64,000 nt of DNA from Aureliella sp. (GTDB taxonomy: Bacteria > Planctomycetota > Planctomycetia > Pirellulales > Pirellulaceae): NCBI GenBank assembly GCA_963691875.1, contig OY829846.1, forward strand, positions 992,001 through 1,056,000, given 5' to 3'. Numbering within the stretch: position 1 is the first letter of the stretch; each line of letters begins with the position of its first letter. The notes below the pieces were generated by a model. It was not told the DNA's origin, made no database searches, and worked only from the letters and a program-made list of their open reading frames with translations. Positions 31,023 to 42,455 of the stretch are shown in pieces. The translations under genes and the position numbers were made by a program.

Positions 31023-31931
31023 ATGGACACACGATCGATTACCCCAGCTCGACTTGCCGAAAGCGTTATCGCGGTGCCGCCGCTGGCCCGAAACGCAAGT
31101 CACTCCATCGATACCGAACAAAATCGCCAGCTGGTGCAATACATTGAGCAGGGCGGCGTATCGACGCTCCTCTACGGCGGCAATGCAATCTTCTACCATA
31201 TACGACTAAGTGAATATGCCCGCATCTTGCAGATGCTCACGGACGTTGTGGCTAGTAGCACCCTCGTAGTACCCGCAGTTGGTCCAGCCTTCGGCACAAT
31301 GATGGACCAAGCTGAAATCTTGCAGGACTTTGACTTCCCGACAGTGATGCTTTTGCCACAGTCAGAAGTAACCGATCCTGCTGGCATCGCATCGGGAGTA
31401 AGAAAGTTCGCTGAAGCGTTTGGCAAACCAGTGGTGCTTTACCTCAAGCACGACCAATGGTTGCCCGCCGAAACCGTCGGCAAGATGTTTCGCAGCGGGC
31501 TCCTAAGCTGGATTAAGTACGCGGTTGTCAGAAAAGACCCCAGGGAGGATGAATACTTGCGTGAGGTCCTGGCTGAGGTGCCTGGCGAAATCGTGGTCAG
31601 TGGTATTGGCGAGCAGCCTGCTATCGTTCACATGCACGATTTTCAAGTCGGTAGCTTTACCAGCGGTTGCGTTTGCGTCAATCCAAGTCGATCGATGAAG
31701 ATGCTCCGAGCAATCCAGGTGGAACAACTTGAAACCGCGGAAGAAATCCGCGCGAGTTTTGAAGGACTTGAAGACTTACGGAACCGAATCAATCCCATTC
31801 GCGTTTTGCATCGTGCGGTAGAGCTTGCGGAGATAGCTGAAACAGGACCTATGACTCCCATGCTAGGTGAACTCTCTCCTTCAGAAGTCACTTCCATCGC
31901 AACCGCCGCCTTGAGCTTGAAGCAACTCTGA
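31023..31931 (+). CDS. Dihydrodipicolinate synthase family (class I aldolase) protein
   Basis: SVIAVPPL, LLYGGNA, VVLYLK and WIKY (Schiff-base Lys); TIM-barrel size. Confidence 0.8.
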   Translation: MDTRSITPARLAESVIAVPPLARNASHSIDTEQNRQLVQYIEQGGVSTLLYGGNAIFYHIRLSEYARILQMLTDVVASSTLVVPAVGPAFGTMMDQAEILQDFDFPTVMLLPQSEVTDPAGIASGVRKFAEAFGKPVVLYLKHDQWLPAETVGKMFRSGLLSWIKYAVVRKDPREDEYLREVLAEVPGEIVVSGIGEQPAIVHMHDFQVGSFTSGCVCVNPSRSMKMLRAIQVEQLETAEEIRASFEGLEDLRNRINPIRVLHRAVELAEIAETGPMTPMLGELSPSEVTSIATAALSLKQL

Positions 31932-31968
31932 GGTCGAAACCAGATCCGGCACCATGCTCTGTTCCGGC

Positions 31969-34900
31969 TCAGCGTAGCCCGGGGATTTCTCCTGAGGCGT
32001 AGCGCCAGTTCTTAATGTAAGCGATTAAGTCCGCCATGGCTTTCGGTGTGATCTGAGCTTCCATTCCTTCTGGCATCAATGACACTCCGGTAGATTGCTG
32101 CCGGACGATTTCGGAACGCAAAACCGGCACTTCTCTGCCCTCTTTTTGACGCAGAGTAATGTAATCAGCTTGTTCATCAATCACTACGCCGTCAATCACT
32201 TTATCCGAATCGGTAAGGATGGTAACCCGGAAGTAGTTATTGTCGATAGCTCGGTTCGGATCAAGAATTGATACAAGTAACTGTTCTGACGTTTTCGTTC
32301 GGGAGTCAGAAATATCTGGCCCGACATTAAAGCCAACATCTCCTATTCGATGGCAGCTCGCGCATTGCCTTTGGAAAACAGACTTCCCGTGCAAAGCATC
32401 CGCACTTACCGATAGCGTATCACGGTACCTTGTAATAACTCTGGCACGATCCGAATCCACTAAATCAGCAATAGCTTTCGAAAACACCTTCGCTGAATCT
32501 CCACGAGCCCTCGATTTGAGTCGGCCAAGATTGGCAGGGCCCAACTTCCTCGCCAAACCGGGAGTCTCGGAGACGCGATGTGCAATCACCTGAACCCGAT
32601 CTTGCGTGGATAGCGAAAGCTCCACAGCGGCAGAAACAAGTCGATGGTCCGACGAGTCGAGCAACGCAACCAAAGTCTCCTCGGCTTTCCGGTCTCCAGA
32701 TTGCAGCCAGACTTCAAGTATCATTGTCTGCTCAGCAACCGTTTTTGCCAATCGATAGAATTGTTGGAAACGGGACCAATATTCTTCAAACTGCGTTGCC
32801 GCGAGCAATTGTAGTGCTAGCTCTCTCTGGCGTCCTTTGGATATGCCATCTGCAATTTCGACGATTCTCGGAAGAACAGACGCAAGATCCATCAACGTAG
32901 CTTTTCGATCTCGATGGAGCATCACATTGAAAGCCGCCAGGAGAGACACTTGCACCCGCACGCTTTCACTCTGCTCCCAACTCAAAACCAATTGCCGTCG
33001 CAGCGATGGCAGCTTGATCGTGGAGCACACTTGTGTCAAACGTCCTGACGCTTGCTGTAGAAAATCCAGGTGATCGTGCCAACGCGTTCGCGTACTTTCG
33101 AGGCTCATTACCCATGGTGCCAACAAGCGGTCGGGATGATCGCGAAGAGCTCCAGCAGCAAGGATTAGCAAGTACGGGCTCCCGCTATCCGCGATTCGAT
33201 CCAGCGTGCTTTGACTGAGAGCACTCATCTCATGCGTCGCAAGGCAAGCAAGCGACTCACGCAGGACTACTGGATCTGAGTGTTTTTGAAGTACACCTTG
33301 AAGTATTCCTAAAGGAACATCACAGTTTCCTAAAGCAACTTGCCTAAGAACTAGAGCCGACAGTGAGGCTGTTGTCTCCTCAGCGACAAGTAGCCTTTCG
33401 CAAGCACGATGCGCGCCGCTTTTAGCGGAAAGGACCTTGAGGCATTCCATTCTCTGAGACAGTGACTTCTCGCTATCGAGAACGATTCCCTCTAAGACTG
33501 CGGCTAGATTCTCGTCGGCCGATAGGAGAAGCATTCGCCTGACGGTCTCAACCAGCCAACAATCCTCGCTAGCAAGCAGCTCACAAAGCTGGTCGGCGTT
33601 CGCTTCAGCCAGTTTCAATTCTCTAATCCGCTGCAGTCGCTTGCTAAATTCACCTGCGGCTTGACTTCCAGCCAAGTAGATACGACCGGCAGCATTGCCC
33701 CAACGTTCGTCCTCCCGTTGCTTCAACTCATCCGGAACCCACTGTGGGTGCTCAATCACGGCACGGTGCATATCAATGACTAGCAGTCCTCCACCTGGAG
33801 CATTCCGCAAGTTCACCGGACGGAACCAAGCATCAGAACTCGCCACCCAATCTTTCTGTTGCGGAGCAAGAAGGTCTTGCGTTGAATAGATACCCGAAAC
33901 TGTATTTCGACTTCCTCGAACTCGTTTTACCAGGCTTCCCGTAGGCTCGCAGACAAAAAAATCTCCGGCACCTTCCGCACTCTGCTGAAAGATGACCCCA
34001 CAGGCAGCTGTAAACTGACCTGCGTGCAGATTTGAAGTCGTCCAGGCAGATACAATTGGGAAAACCTGCGAATCAGTGCCGGCTGGGATGACGTCTTTTT
34101 TGGGTGGCAGGATTCCAGCTAGAGGATTATTGGACAGTTGCGGGGATTCGAGTAGAACTTGCACCGCCGGGTTTCGATTGCTGCAAAAGAACCGATTTCC
34201 GAGCTCGTCAAACGCCAGCCCAAACTGCGCTGGTCCCGTGATGGCTTCGATTTCACCCGTTTCCGGTTTGAAGCGAATATCGCGACTGCCAATCTCAAGC
34301 GGCTTCTGAGCCGAATTTGCCGGCTGAATATCTGAGCCCAACTCAACTCTGCCCCCTCGCAAACCGCAAGCGATGTACCACCAACCATCGGAGCCGAGTG
34401 TTGGATGATTGGCTCGAAGTTGCTCATTGCGCTCGGCAAAGCCTCGCAACCACTGTTCGCGCGTGTCGCAAACTCCATCACCATTGGTATCTCGCAGAAA
34501 GAGGAGTTCGCCGGCTACGGTGACTACCGCGCCATCTTTCCAGATCGCCAGGCCGGTCGGCATGTTGAGTTCCCCTGCAAAGACACTGCTAGTCTCAAAC
34601 AATCCGTCCGAATCCTCGTCGGCGAGTATGCGAATTTGCCCCTGAGGCGTACCATCCGCCGCAAGCATTGGGTAATCGCGCATCTCCACCACCCACAATC
34701 GCCCTAACTCATCGAAGACAGCGTCGACTGGATCGACAACCGCAGGTTCGTGAGCCAGCAATTCAAGCGATTCATTTTCGCTGAAGAACCTCGAGAGCTG
34801 AATACTTCTCAGGCTCTCAGAAGGCAAAAGTGCCCTGCTGCGATTGGACTCGGGATTATTGGCCGCAGAGTCCTGGGCGGGAAGTGATGATGCTATCACC

Positions 34901-34971
34901 CAGAGGCTTGAGACAAAGCCCAGAAAGCTGAGCTTAAGGCAGTTCCAGTGCTTGCGCCGGACTTTCGCCAT
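31969..34971 (-). CDS. PVC-type heme-binding CxxCH protein (membrane-bound dehydrogenase domain)
   Basis: A.EP.VVDPV..FDE.GRLWVVEMRDYP, WFRPVN, GRIY, C-terminal CASCH...VGPD and SLMPEG. Confidence 0.92.
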   Translation of the reverse strand: MAKVRRKHWNCLKLSFLGFVSSLWVIASSLPAQDSAANNPESNRSRALLPSESLRSIQLSRFFSENESLELLAHEPAVVDPVDAVFDELGRLWVVEMRDYPMLAADGTPQGQIRILADEDSDGLFETSSVFAGELNMPTGLAIWKDGAVVTVAGELLFLRDTNGDGVCDTREQWLRGFAERNEQLRANHPTLGSDGWWYIACGLRGGRVELGSDIQPANSAQKPLEIGSRDIRFKPETGEIEAITGPAQFGLAFDELGNRFFCSNRNPAVQVLLESPQLSNNPLAGILPPKKDVIPAGTDSQVFPIVSAWTTSNLHAGQFTAACGVIFQQSAEGAGDFFVCEPTGSLVKRVRGSRNTVSGIYSTQDLLAPQQKDWVASSDAWFRPVNLRNAPGGGLLVIDMHRAVIEHPQWVPDELKQREDERWGNAAGRIYLAGSQAAGEFSKRLQRIRELKLAEANADQLCELLASEDCWLVETVRRMLLLSADENLAAVLEGIVLDSEKSLSQRMECLKVLSAKSGAHRACERLLVAEETTASLSALVLRQVALGNCDVPLGILQGVLQKHSDPVVLRESLACLATHEMSALSQSTLDRIADSGSPYLLILAAGALRDHPDRLLAPWVMSLESTRTRWHDHLDFLQQASGRLTQVCSTIKLPSLRRQLVLSWEQSESVRVQVSLLAAFNVMLHRDRKATLMDLASVLPRIVEIADGISKGRQRELALQLLAATQFEEYWSRFQQFYRLAKTVAEQTMILEVWLQSGDRKAEETLVALLDSSDHRLVSAAVELSLSTQDRVQVIAHRVSETPGLARKLGPANLGRLKSRARGDSAKVFSKAIADLVDSDRARVITRYRDTLSVSADALHGKSVFQRQCASCHRIGDVGFNVGPDISDSRTKTSEQLLVSILDPNRAIDNNYFRVTILTDSDKVIDGVVIDEQADYITLRQKEGREVPVLRSEIVRQQSTGVSLMPEGMEAQITPKAMADLIAYIKNWRYASGEIPGLR

Positions 34972-35081
34972 CGCTTACATTACCTTCTCACTGGCGAATC
35001 TGGAATCGATCCAATGCTGACGAAACACTCGTCAGCACCGTAAATTGATTCGATTCCGCGGAAAAAACGGCTAGGGCTCGA

Positions 35082-37259
35082 CTACAGACCAAACTCTTTG
35101 AGCTTTGGTTCTAATGCAGCTGCCCAGCGCTCGTAACCTTCGGTACTAAGATGTAGCAGGTCCGGCATGATCTCGCGACTGATACTTCCATCCTCTTGAA
35201 GGAAGTCTTGGCCGATCTCAAGGAAGTGCACTCGCTCTCCGTCGGCGAGCCGCCGAATTCTCTGATTGATCGCGATATTATTTAGCCGCATCTTATCGAG
35301 CGGATTTGGACCGCGAGGGAAGACGCCGTGCAGTACAACCTGTGTCTCTGGCAAACGTTCGTCGAGGATCTCTAGAATTCGCTCCACGCCAGCCGCCACT
35401 TCAGCTGGATCTTGCATCATGTGGCCAGTGTTATTGGTGCCGATCATCAACACTGCAACCTTGGGTTTTATTTTGCCAAGGTTGCCGTGGGTGAGACGCC
35501 AAATGACATGTTCAGTTCGGTCACCGCCAATTCCCAAGTTGATGGCCTTGCGATCCGCATAATATTCCTGCCATACCGACTTACCGCGGCCTTCCCAACC
35601 CTGCGTGATCGAGTCGCCGATGAATGCCAAATCGGCATCGCCCTTCTTGGCGTTCTGGCTCAGCTGTTGATCACGCTTTCTCCATCCAGCTTCGTCACCG
35701 CGGGTAGCCGGAATCACCGCTGAGTTTACTTCGTAGAAATCACGCAGATCGTAGTAACGTTGCTTGAGCCCTTCGAGAACCGCTGCGTAGCTCGGATCGG
35801 CATGCACGCTTTTCATCTCGTCGGGATCTTCCTGGAGATCAAACAGATTCCATTCGCGCCCCCGCGGGAAAAACATCAGTTTGTAACGGTCAGTACGGAC
35901 TCCATCGTGCACCGGAACATTATGAACCGCCGCGTTCTCGTAATAAGCGTAATAGATAGCATCTCGCCAATTTGCGGTCGGCTTGCCTTGATTCTTAAAG
36001 AGCGGGACCATACTTCGACCTTGAATTTCGGCGGGAATCTCGGCACCGGCCAAATCAAGAAATGTCGGCGCGTAATCAATATTCTGGATCAACGCCGTAG
36101 AGTCGACACCTGGCTCCAGAACTCCAGGCCATCGAATCAAGAAAGGCATTTGCAGTGACTCTTCAAACATCCATCGCTTGTCATACCAACCGTGATCGCC
36201 GAGATAAAATCCTTGGTCAGAGGAGTAAATCACGATCGTGTTGTCATCAAGGCCGGTCTCGTCAAGGTAGTCAAGCAAAGCGCCAACGCCATCATCGACA
36301 GCTTGGACACAACCAAGATAGGTCTTGATATAGCGTTGGTACTTGAATCGTAGCACCTCTTTATCCGTGAGCTCCCCAGCCTTCATCTTGCGAATAAACT
36401 CCTCGTTCTCCGGTTCATAGTGAGCATCCCAAAAGGCTTTCTGCTCGTCAGTCATCCGACGGTACTCGCCATTCGGCAACCGACCGTCAAAGTGATCCGG
36501 GAACATGCCTTCGCCGTGGAACTTCATGTCATGCCCCCAAAAGAAATGATCCTTGAGGGACATTTCATTCTCTTTAAGCAGCTTGCTGCGACCTTCATAG
36601 TTGTCGAAAAGCGTTTCTGGCTCTGGCACGTCTTTCTTGTACAGGTCGTAGTAGCGAGGCGGAGGCGACCAATTCCGGTGCGGTGCCTTGTGCTGGCACA
36701 TCAGCATAAATGGCTTGCTCCGATCACGATCTTCCCTCAGCCATGTGAGTGCATTCTCGGTGATAATGTCGGTACAGTACCCTTCGTAACGCTTCCGACT
36801 CCGGTCCATTTGAATGAAGTCCGGATTGTAGTAGCTACCTTGCCCCGGCAAGATCTCCCAGTGATCGAATCCAGTCGGATCAGACGACAAATGCCACTTG
36901 CCGATCATAGCGGTCTGATAGCCGACGTCTTGTAGAAGCTTTGGAAAAGTCGTTTGCGTTCCGTCGAATCGATTACCATTCCGCAAGAACCCGTTCAGGT
37001 GGCTGTGCTTGCCGGTTAGGATGCAAGCCCGGGAGGGACCGCAAATGGAATTGGCGCAAAACGAGTTGCGGAACAAACCTCCGGACTTTGCGATCCGGTC
37101 GAGATTTGGTGTTTGGTTGATCTCGGATCCGTACGCGCTGATCGCATGCGGCGCGTGGTCGTCTGAAAAGATAAACAGAATGTTCGGTTGCTTCGCTTCC
37201 TGAGCAGTCGATACTGCAGCTGGAACGAACAAAAGCAGAAGACAGAAAAAACGCAACAT
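35082..37259 (-). CDS. Sulfatase fused to an SGNH/GDSL esterase domain
   Basis: PNILFIFSDD, CGPSRA (formylglycine motif), GKWH and SDQG, then IGDSIT, GIGGD, IGTNN and DLLH. Confidence 0.92.
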   Translation of the reverse strand: MLRFFCLLLLFVPAAVSTAQEAKQPNILFIFSDDHAPHAISAYGSEINQTPNLDRIAKSGGLFRNSFCANSICGPSRACILTGKHSHLNGFLRNGNRFDGTQTTFPKLLQDVGYQTAMIGKWHLSSDPTGFDHWEILPGQGSYYNPDFIQMDRSRKRYEGYCTDIITENALTWLREDRDRSKPFMLMCQHKAPHRNWSPPPRYYDLYKKDVPEPETLFDNYEGRSKLLKENEMSLKDHFFWGHDMKFHGEGMFPDHFDGRLPNGEYRRMTDEQKAFWDAHYEPENEEFIRKMKAGELTDKEVLRFKYQRYIKTYLGCVQAVDDGVGALLDYLDETGLDDNTIVIYSSDQGFYLGDHGWYDKRWMFEESLQMPFLIRWPGVLEPGVDSTALIQNIDYAPTFLDLAGAEIPAEIQGRSMVPLFKNQGKPTANWRDAIYYAYYENAAVHNVPVHDGVRTDRYKLMFFPRGREWNLFDLQEDPDEMKSVHADPSYAAVLEGLKQRYYDLRDFYEVNSAVIPATRGDEAGWRKRDQQLSQNAKKGDADLAFIGDSITQGWEGRGKSVWQEYYADRKAINLGIGGDRTEHVIWRLTHGNLGKIKPKVAVLMIGTNNTGHMMQDPAEVAAGVERILEILDERLPETQVVLHGVFPRGPNPLDKMRLNNIAINQRIRRLADGERVHFLEIGQDFLQEDGSISREIMPDLLHLSTEGYERWAAALEPKLKEFGL

Positions 37260-37434
37260 CAGAGCTCTTAGTTCTTGGTGGGTAGGCGGGTCCGCGGCGG
37301 GACGAGGTAGCATAGCAACCATCATAGCTTGAGCTGTCACGCTGGAGTATCCGTAGGGGGAAATCAGCAAAGCCAACCGAGGCTCAGGCCGGCGATACTC
37401 AGTATTTCAGACGTTTGGCGTTAGCGGCGGTTTT

Positions 37435-37477
37435 CAGCTAGAGAACCTTCGGGCAAGTTCAACTAGCTGTTTTTTTA
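37435..37477 (+). terminator. Intrinsic-terminator-like hairpin with U tract
   Basis: CAGCTAG...CTAGCTG stem followed by a T run. Confidence 0.5.
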
Positions 37478-37919
37478 TTCCCCTGGGAACGCGGGTGATC
37501 GAGGAGCAGCACGAAAAAGACAAACAAAATATGTCGGAAGCGTATCATTGTGGAGCGTTTCGCGGATCTTGATGTGAATATTTAGCCTACGTCAATCGCA
37601 CAGCTGAGCTCTTCGGAGCAGTCCTCACCGAATGGGTCCTGTTTTGGTGGAATCTATGCTGGCAAGAAGAATCTTGAGCGGCCGACTGTCGCTGGCCGAG
37701 ACTTAGAAGGCGGGTGGCCGGCCGTCCTCTCGTCAGAAAGGCCTAAATCGCACTGGCTATGCTATTCATATCGGTACCGAAGAGTTAGCCAACTTCACGG
37801 GAGGCTACGAGGTCGCCATCTTATTTAAGCCTCGAGACATATGGACGTTAGACTGGAACTGATACCAGAACATTGCACAGGGGTGACACAGATTGATTTG
37901 CCCCACGACTCCTCAAGCG

Positions 37920-38903
37920 CTACTCGTTGTGTTTACTTGAAGGCTTCTCCGTGACCGCGTCGTCCTTGACACCTGCAATCACCAATCCGACAGATGTGAG
38001 TAAGATTCCGACAAAGATCATCTTCGTGATGGGTTCCGAAAAGAACATCCAGCCTGCAAGAGCCGAAATGGCTGCTTGCGATGCATTCAGCAGTTGCACG
38101 TAAAGCACTGAGACATATTGCAGCGATTTGGCCATCGCCATGAATGCCAGCGCATTCAACACCCCTGCAAGCAACATTATCTTCAGCTGTCCCCAAGGCG
38201 TAGCCAGTATCGCTAACGGTCCAACTTGCCAGAGGGACCACCCCAGCAGGAAGGTAACGCCGACGCCGTTGATCAGCAACAGAGTCGTCCAAGCCGACAC
38301 TCCGCGCTGCATACTTCGACGCATCAAAGTGCCTTGCAATGCATACGCAACTCCGGCGGCAATATTCGCCGCGACACCAAACAAGATCATTCCTAAGTTG
38401 GAGTCTACCGCATCAGAGACATTCGCAGTCGCCGCACTGAAACTGAGAATGACACTCGCCGGAATCAGAACCAAAACCGAAGCGATCTTGCGTCTTGAAA
38501 CCATCTCACCCAGCATCAGCTTACCCGATGCCGCTCCAGCGATCAGCATCGTGGCCAATACAAGCGGAACAGAGATCGTGAGGCCGACAATCGAGAGAGC
38601 AACTTGAAACGCGACGTTTCCAAAGATCTGGACCGCGATCGATGTGATTCCCAAACTCCAGAATTCACGACGTAAACTAACTTCATCGTTGGGTGGATCA
38701 AAGTGCGTACCTTGTCTTATTTGCGAGACAACGAACGGCAGGACGATGACCATAGTGGGAATCGCCTTGATGGTCGAAACCCAAATTGCGTCCACATTAC
38801 CGAGCGAACGTAGACACACATTGGTAACGGTATAGAGAACCGCTGAGAGAGCCCCGCATATGATGCCAATTAGAGGAGGTGAATAAATCGATCTGCTGGC
38901 CAA
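37920..38903 (-). CDS. DMT/EamA family transporter
   Basis: About ten hydrophobic helices in two repeats; LGE.VS.RK and FFSEPIT. Confidence 0.85.
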   Translation of the reverse strand: MASRSIYSPPLIGIICGALSAVLYTVTNVCLRSLGNVDAIWVSTIKAIPTMVIVLPFVVSQIRQGTHFDPPNDEVSLRREFWSLGITSIAVQIFGNVAFQVALSIVGLTISVPLVLATMLIAGAASGKLMLGEMVSRRKIASVLVLIPASVILSFSAATANVSDAVDSNLGMILFGVAANIAAGVAYALQGTLMRRSMQRGVSAWTTLLLINGVGVTFLLGWSLWQVGPLAILATPWGQLKIMLLAGVLNALAFMAMAKSLQYVSVLYVQLLNASQAAISALAGWMFFSEPITKMIFVGILLTSVGLVIAGVKDDAVTEKPSSKHNE

Positions 38904-38948
38904 AGTATTTGCGATGCATTCAGAGTGATGTTTTGCTTGGGGTAATTA

Positions 38949-40328
38949 TTAGCATTCGATGACATTCACAGCCAAGCCACCACGGGCCGTTTCTTTGTAC
39001 TTCGTCTGCATGTCACGACCCGTTTCCCGCATTGTCTTGACCACTTTATCGAGCGAGACAAAGTGGTAACCGTCCCCTCGAAGCGCCAGGCGTGAGGCGT
39101 TAATGGCTTTCACCGAGGCCATCGCATTTCTCTCAATACAAGGAACTTGTACCAGGCCGCCAACCGGATCGCAGGTCAGCCCCAAGTTATGCTCCATGCC
39201 AATCTCAGCCGCGTTCTCCACTTGCTGCGGCGTTCCTCCCAATACTTCCGTCAACGCTCCAGCCGCCATACTGCAGGCCGATCCAACTTCGCCTTGACAA
39301 CCAACTTCTGCTCCTGAGATCGATGCGTTCTCTTTGAATATGATGCCGATCGCAGCGCCAGCGAGTAAAAAACGCTGCACGACATTTTGCCGCGTCTCCT
39401 CGTTAGCTTCGGCAAAGGAGTATTGCAAAACGTACTTTAGGACGGCTGGGATGATACCGGCAGCTCCGTTGGTCGGAGCCGTTACAACCTTACCGCCAGC
39501 CGCATTTTCTTCGTTGACCGCCATCGCCCACAGGTTTACCCAGTCAAGTTGCTGCATCGGATCTGATTTAGGGCCTTCGCTGAGCAAACGGCGGTACAAC
39601 CCCGCGGCGCGACGTTTCACTTTCATTCCGCCGGGCAGAATTCCTTCCGTCTCGCACCCCTGTTGGATACAACGTTCCATAACTTGCCAGATTTCATTCA
39701 GGCCGCTTCGAATCGTCCATTCGTCACGCCACTGCAGCTCGTTGCGTAGCATCAAGCCACTGACGGATTGGCCAGAAGATTCGCACAATCGCATCAGCTC
39801 CTCGCCCGTCGTAAAGTAAAACGGCAAAGAAGTCGAGTCAGGGATAATCTGCGATTCGCCTTGCTCATTTTCTTGCACCACGAAACCGCCACCTATGGAA
39901 TAGTATGTCTTGTTCAGCAATCGCCGGTCTTCGCTATAAGCCGTAAAGCGAAGACCATTCGCATGAAAGGGGAGCGTCTTAGGGGAAAAGTTCAAATCGC
40001 GTTTTTCATCAAACTCGATCGAATGTCCAGGCTGGACTTCCAGCTGCTTTGACTCACGGAGGCTCGCGACTTGCACGCGAAGCTCAGAAGGCTCACAGCT
40101 CCTGGGCTCGAACCCTAGCAATCCCCCGAGAACAGCCTGATCGGTCCCGTGCCCGCGGCCCGTCGCACTTAGCGAACCGAACAGCTCGACTTGCAGCCGC
40201 TCAATCGAGACCTCGGGCCCGTGTCGCAGCAAATCCCGAAACTGCTTGGCGGCCAGCATGGGCCCCACGGTGTGCGAGCTGGACGGTCCGATCCCAATAC
40301 TAAATAAATCGAAGACACTAATCGCCAT
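38949..40328 (-). CDS. sdaA: L-serine ammonia-lyase (Fe-S dependent)
   Basis: [55 protein letters not shown] and PCIERN. Confidence 0.97.
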   Translation of the reverse strand: MAISVFDLFSIGIGPSSSHTVGPMLAAKQFRDLLRHGPEVSIERLQVELFGSLSATGRGHGTDQAVLGGLLGFEPRSCEPSELRVQVASLRESKQLEVQPGHSIEFDEKRDLNFSPKTLPFHANGLRFTAYSEDRRLLNKTYYSIGGGFVVQENEQGESQIIPDSTSLPFYFTTGEELMRLCESSGQSVSGLMLRNELQWRDEWTIRSGLNEIWQVMERCIQQGCETEGILPGGMKVKRRAAGLYRRLLSEGPKSDPMQQLDWVNLWAMAVNEENAAGGKVVTAPTNGAAGIIPAVLKYVLQYSFAEANEETRQNVVQRFLLAGAAIGIIFKENASISGAEVGCQGEVGSACSMAAGALTEVLGGTPQQVENAAEIGMEHNLGLTCDPVGGLVQVPCIERNAMASVKAINASRLALRGDGYHFVSLDKVVKTMRETGRDMQTKYKETARGGLAVNVIEC

Positions 40329-40738
40329 GCAGCGGAACTCGTTTTCTGAGCGAGAATCGTATCGCCGCGGGGGATCGGCAAATGCAGTTGTGGCTAGGCC
40401 GAGGATTGACAGGCCGCCACCATTTTAATTTTGCTCGATGATAGCGAAAGGACTTCGTCTCACGTAGCCAAGTCTCAGGAAGTTTTTGCGAAACCTGCAC
40501 ACAAGCTCAGGCTCCCTTACAAATTTGCAGCCAACTTTCGCCAAATTCGTCGTCACTCTCCGAGCCGAGCGGCCCGTAGAGCGTCTCTTCCTATACTCTA
40601 GCGTTGACTAGCCCCGTGAAATCGAACATGATCCGGTAGAAGAATCGACTATAATCGGCTCTAGGAGTTTTCGGGCGGCTTTTGAGCAGCTTGTGGATTT
40701 TCGCCGTAAGAAAAGTCAATTAGACCACCTAGCCGCCG

Positions 40739-41642
40739 ATGACGAGACCACTTCTGACATTGATCTTCACGGTGTGCCTTGCGTTTCCTGCGGAGCAAGC
40801 AGTCTCGCAAGGGTCCTTTGCTGACTTTCAGAAGCAGATGCAGCAAAACCTCAATCGATTTTCGGGGGGGCATGCTAGGGCCCATCTCTTCAGAAGAGAT
40901 GGAAGAGATTCGGAAGATTCCGGTCTCCGTCAGAGAAGAACAACAGTTCGGCCAGCAGATTCTGAAGCGTTTCGCAGCGAATCTGCGGGACGAGCGAGGC
41001 CGAAGAACATCGATCGTCTATCGCGGGAGCGATGTGGATTATGTGAGAGAACTGGCAGCTTGCCTTCATCCACTGATGCACAATGAGAAACGTTACAAGC
41101 AGTTCAAGATTGGAATCATGCAGACCGATCCGGTCGATGCATTTTCAATTCCAGGTGGCACCATTTTGTTCTCTCGAGGATTGCTAGAAACAGCAAAATC
41201 CGAGGCAGCGGTAGTAGGTGTTTTGGCGCATGAACTCTCCCATCTGGATCGGCAACATCAACTGCTCGGGTTACGCAGGCAAAAGCAAGTTCAACAAAAG
41301 CTTAACTTCGCCAACATGATTAGCAATCTCTCTGAAGTGATGAAGCCCTTTCATGCTGAGTTTGAATCGCAAGCGGATGAAGACGCCGTGAGCTGGATGC
41401 TGCAATTCGACTACGAGCCGAAGGCACTCGCAGCATTACTCTTACGATGGAACGCAAAGCAGGATGCCCAGCAGCCCTGGAAAGATATGATGCCCGGATT
41501 CTTGCTCACACACCCTGATGGTGGCAGGCGAGCAGACGATGTGATGAAGTGGCGTGAAGAGAAAAAGCAGCCCAGTCAGGATTTGCACAAAGGGATTGAG
41601 AACTTGGAAAAACGCAAGCCACGCGTTAATGCCAGTCCATAG
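40739..41642 (+). CDS. M48 family metallopeptidase, frameshifted at a G7 tract
   Basis: The signal peptide is in the 40739 frame and the catalytic part (AFSIPGG, VLAHELSH, E.QAD, THP) is in the 40779 frame. Removing one G from 40864-40870 joins them. Confidence 0.8.
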
Positions 41643-41762
41643 TGAACGCGTGGAGACCACAACCGGATTCGTAGGCAAGACTCATCTACTTGGATGAGCT
41701 CACCCCTTGCGCTTTATTAACGATTCCATCTGATTCCCGAGCATGGCGCCATCTGGGTAAAA

Positions 41763-42210
41763 GTCGCATTGGTGGACCGATAAGCCGGGTTCTGTCGCCG
41801 CCCTGCAAGGGACTAGTCCATTGCAAGAAGCGTGGCGGTCATTTATCTAGGCCAGCCATTGCTAACTGGCTCAAGCGATCTACCCGAAAGTAGGTGGCGA
41901 CACGAGCCGCGTCGCTGCTGTTTCCAGCATCCCCTCTGTTTGATCTTGCATCGAGCGGGGTTTACCAAGCCAGCCGAGTCACCTCGACCGCTGGTGAGCT
42001 CTTACCTCACCGTTTCACCCTTACCACGCATCGGTCAACTGAAAAGGACTCGCGTCCTGATGAGTTGGCCGACCGTTCGGCGGTATACTTTCTGTGGCAC
42101 TTTCCCTCACCTTGCGATGGGTCGGCGTTACCGACCGCTCTGCCCTATGAAGCCCGGACTTTCCTCTCTTCGATTGCTCGAACAGCGACCACCTAGTCCA
42201 CCAATGCGAC
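41763..42210 (-). ncRNA. rnpB: RNase P RNA (type A)
   Basis: Minus strand has GAGGAAAGUCCGGGC, AGUGCCACAGAAA, GGUAAACCCC, AGAUAAAUGACC and ACAGAACCCGGCUUAU. A perfect 15-bp P1 helix forms between 41763-41777 and 42196-42210. Confidence 0.97.
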
Positions 42211-42455
42211 CACGAGTATAAATCAGGGTAGTCAATTCGTCTTGTCCTACGTCAACACTCGGGTAAGGATGAAGTTGTTCGGTCCATTCGAAAGCGACGC
42301 GTTGGAACGTTAGGACGAGTGTGTCTTTATCGCGGACTTACAACTTTTGTCTGTTTCGGCTTTTGGTTGAGGCGAGAGCCAGCTACAGTGAAGCCGAGGT
42401 TTATTGCTTGGCCGAATTGTGGCCAATAACACGACGCATTTTTCTGCATATTCTC

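Noticed and set aside
41690..42221. ORFs at 41690, 41832 and 41894
   Set aside because: They are antisense shadows of the RNase P RNA gene.
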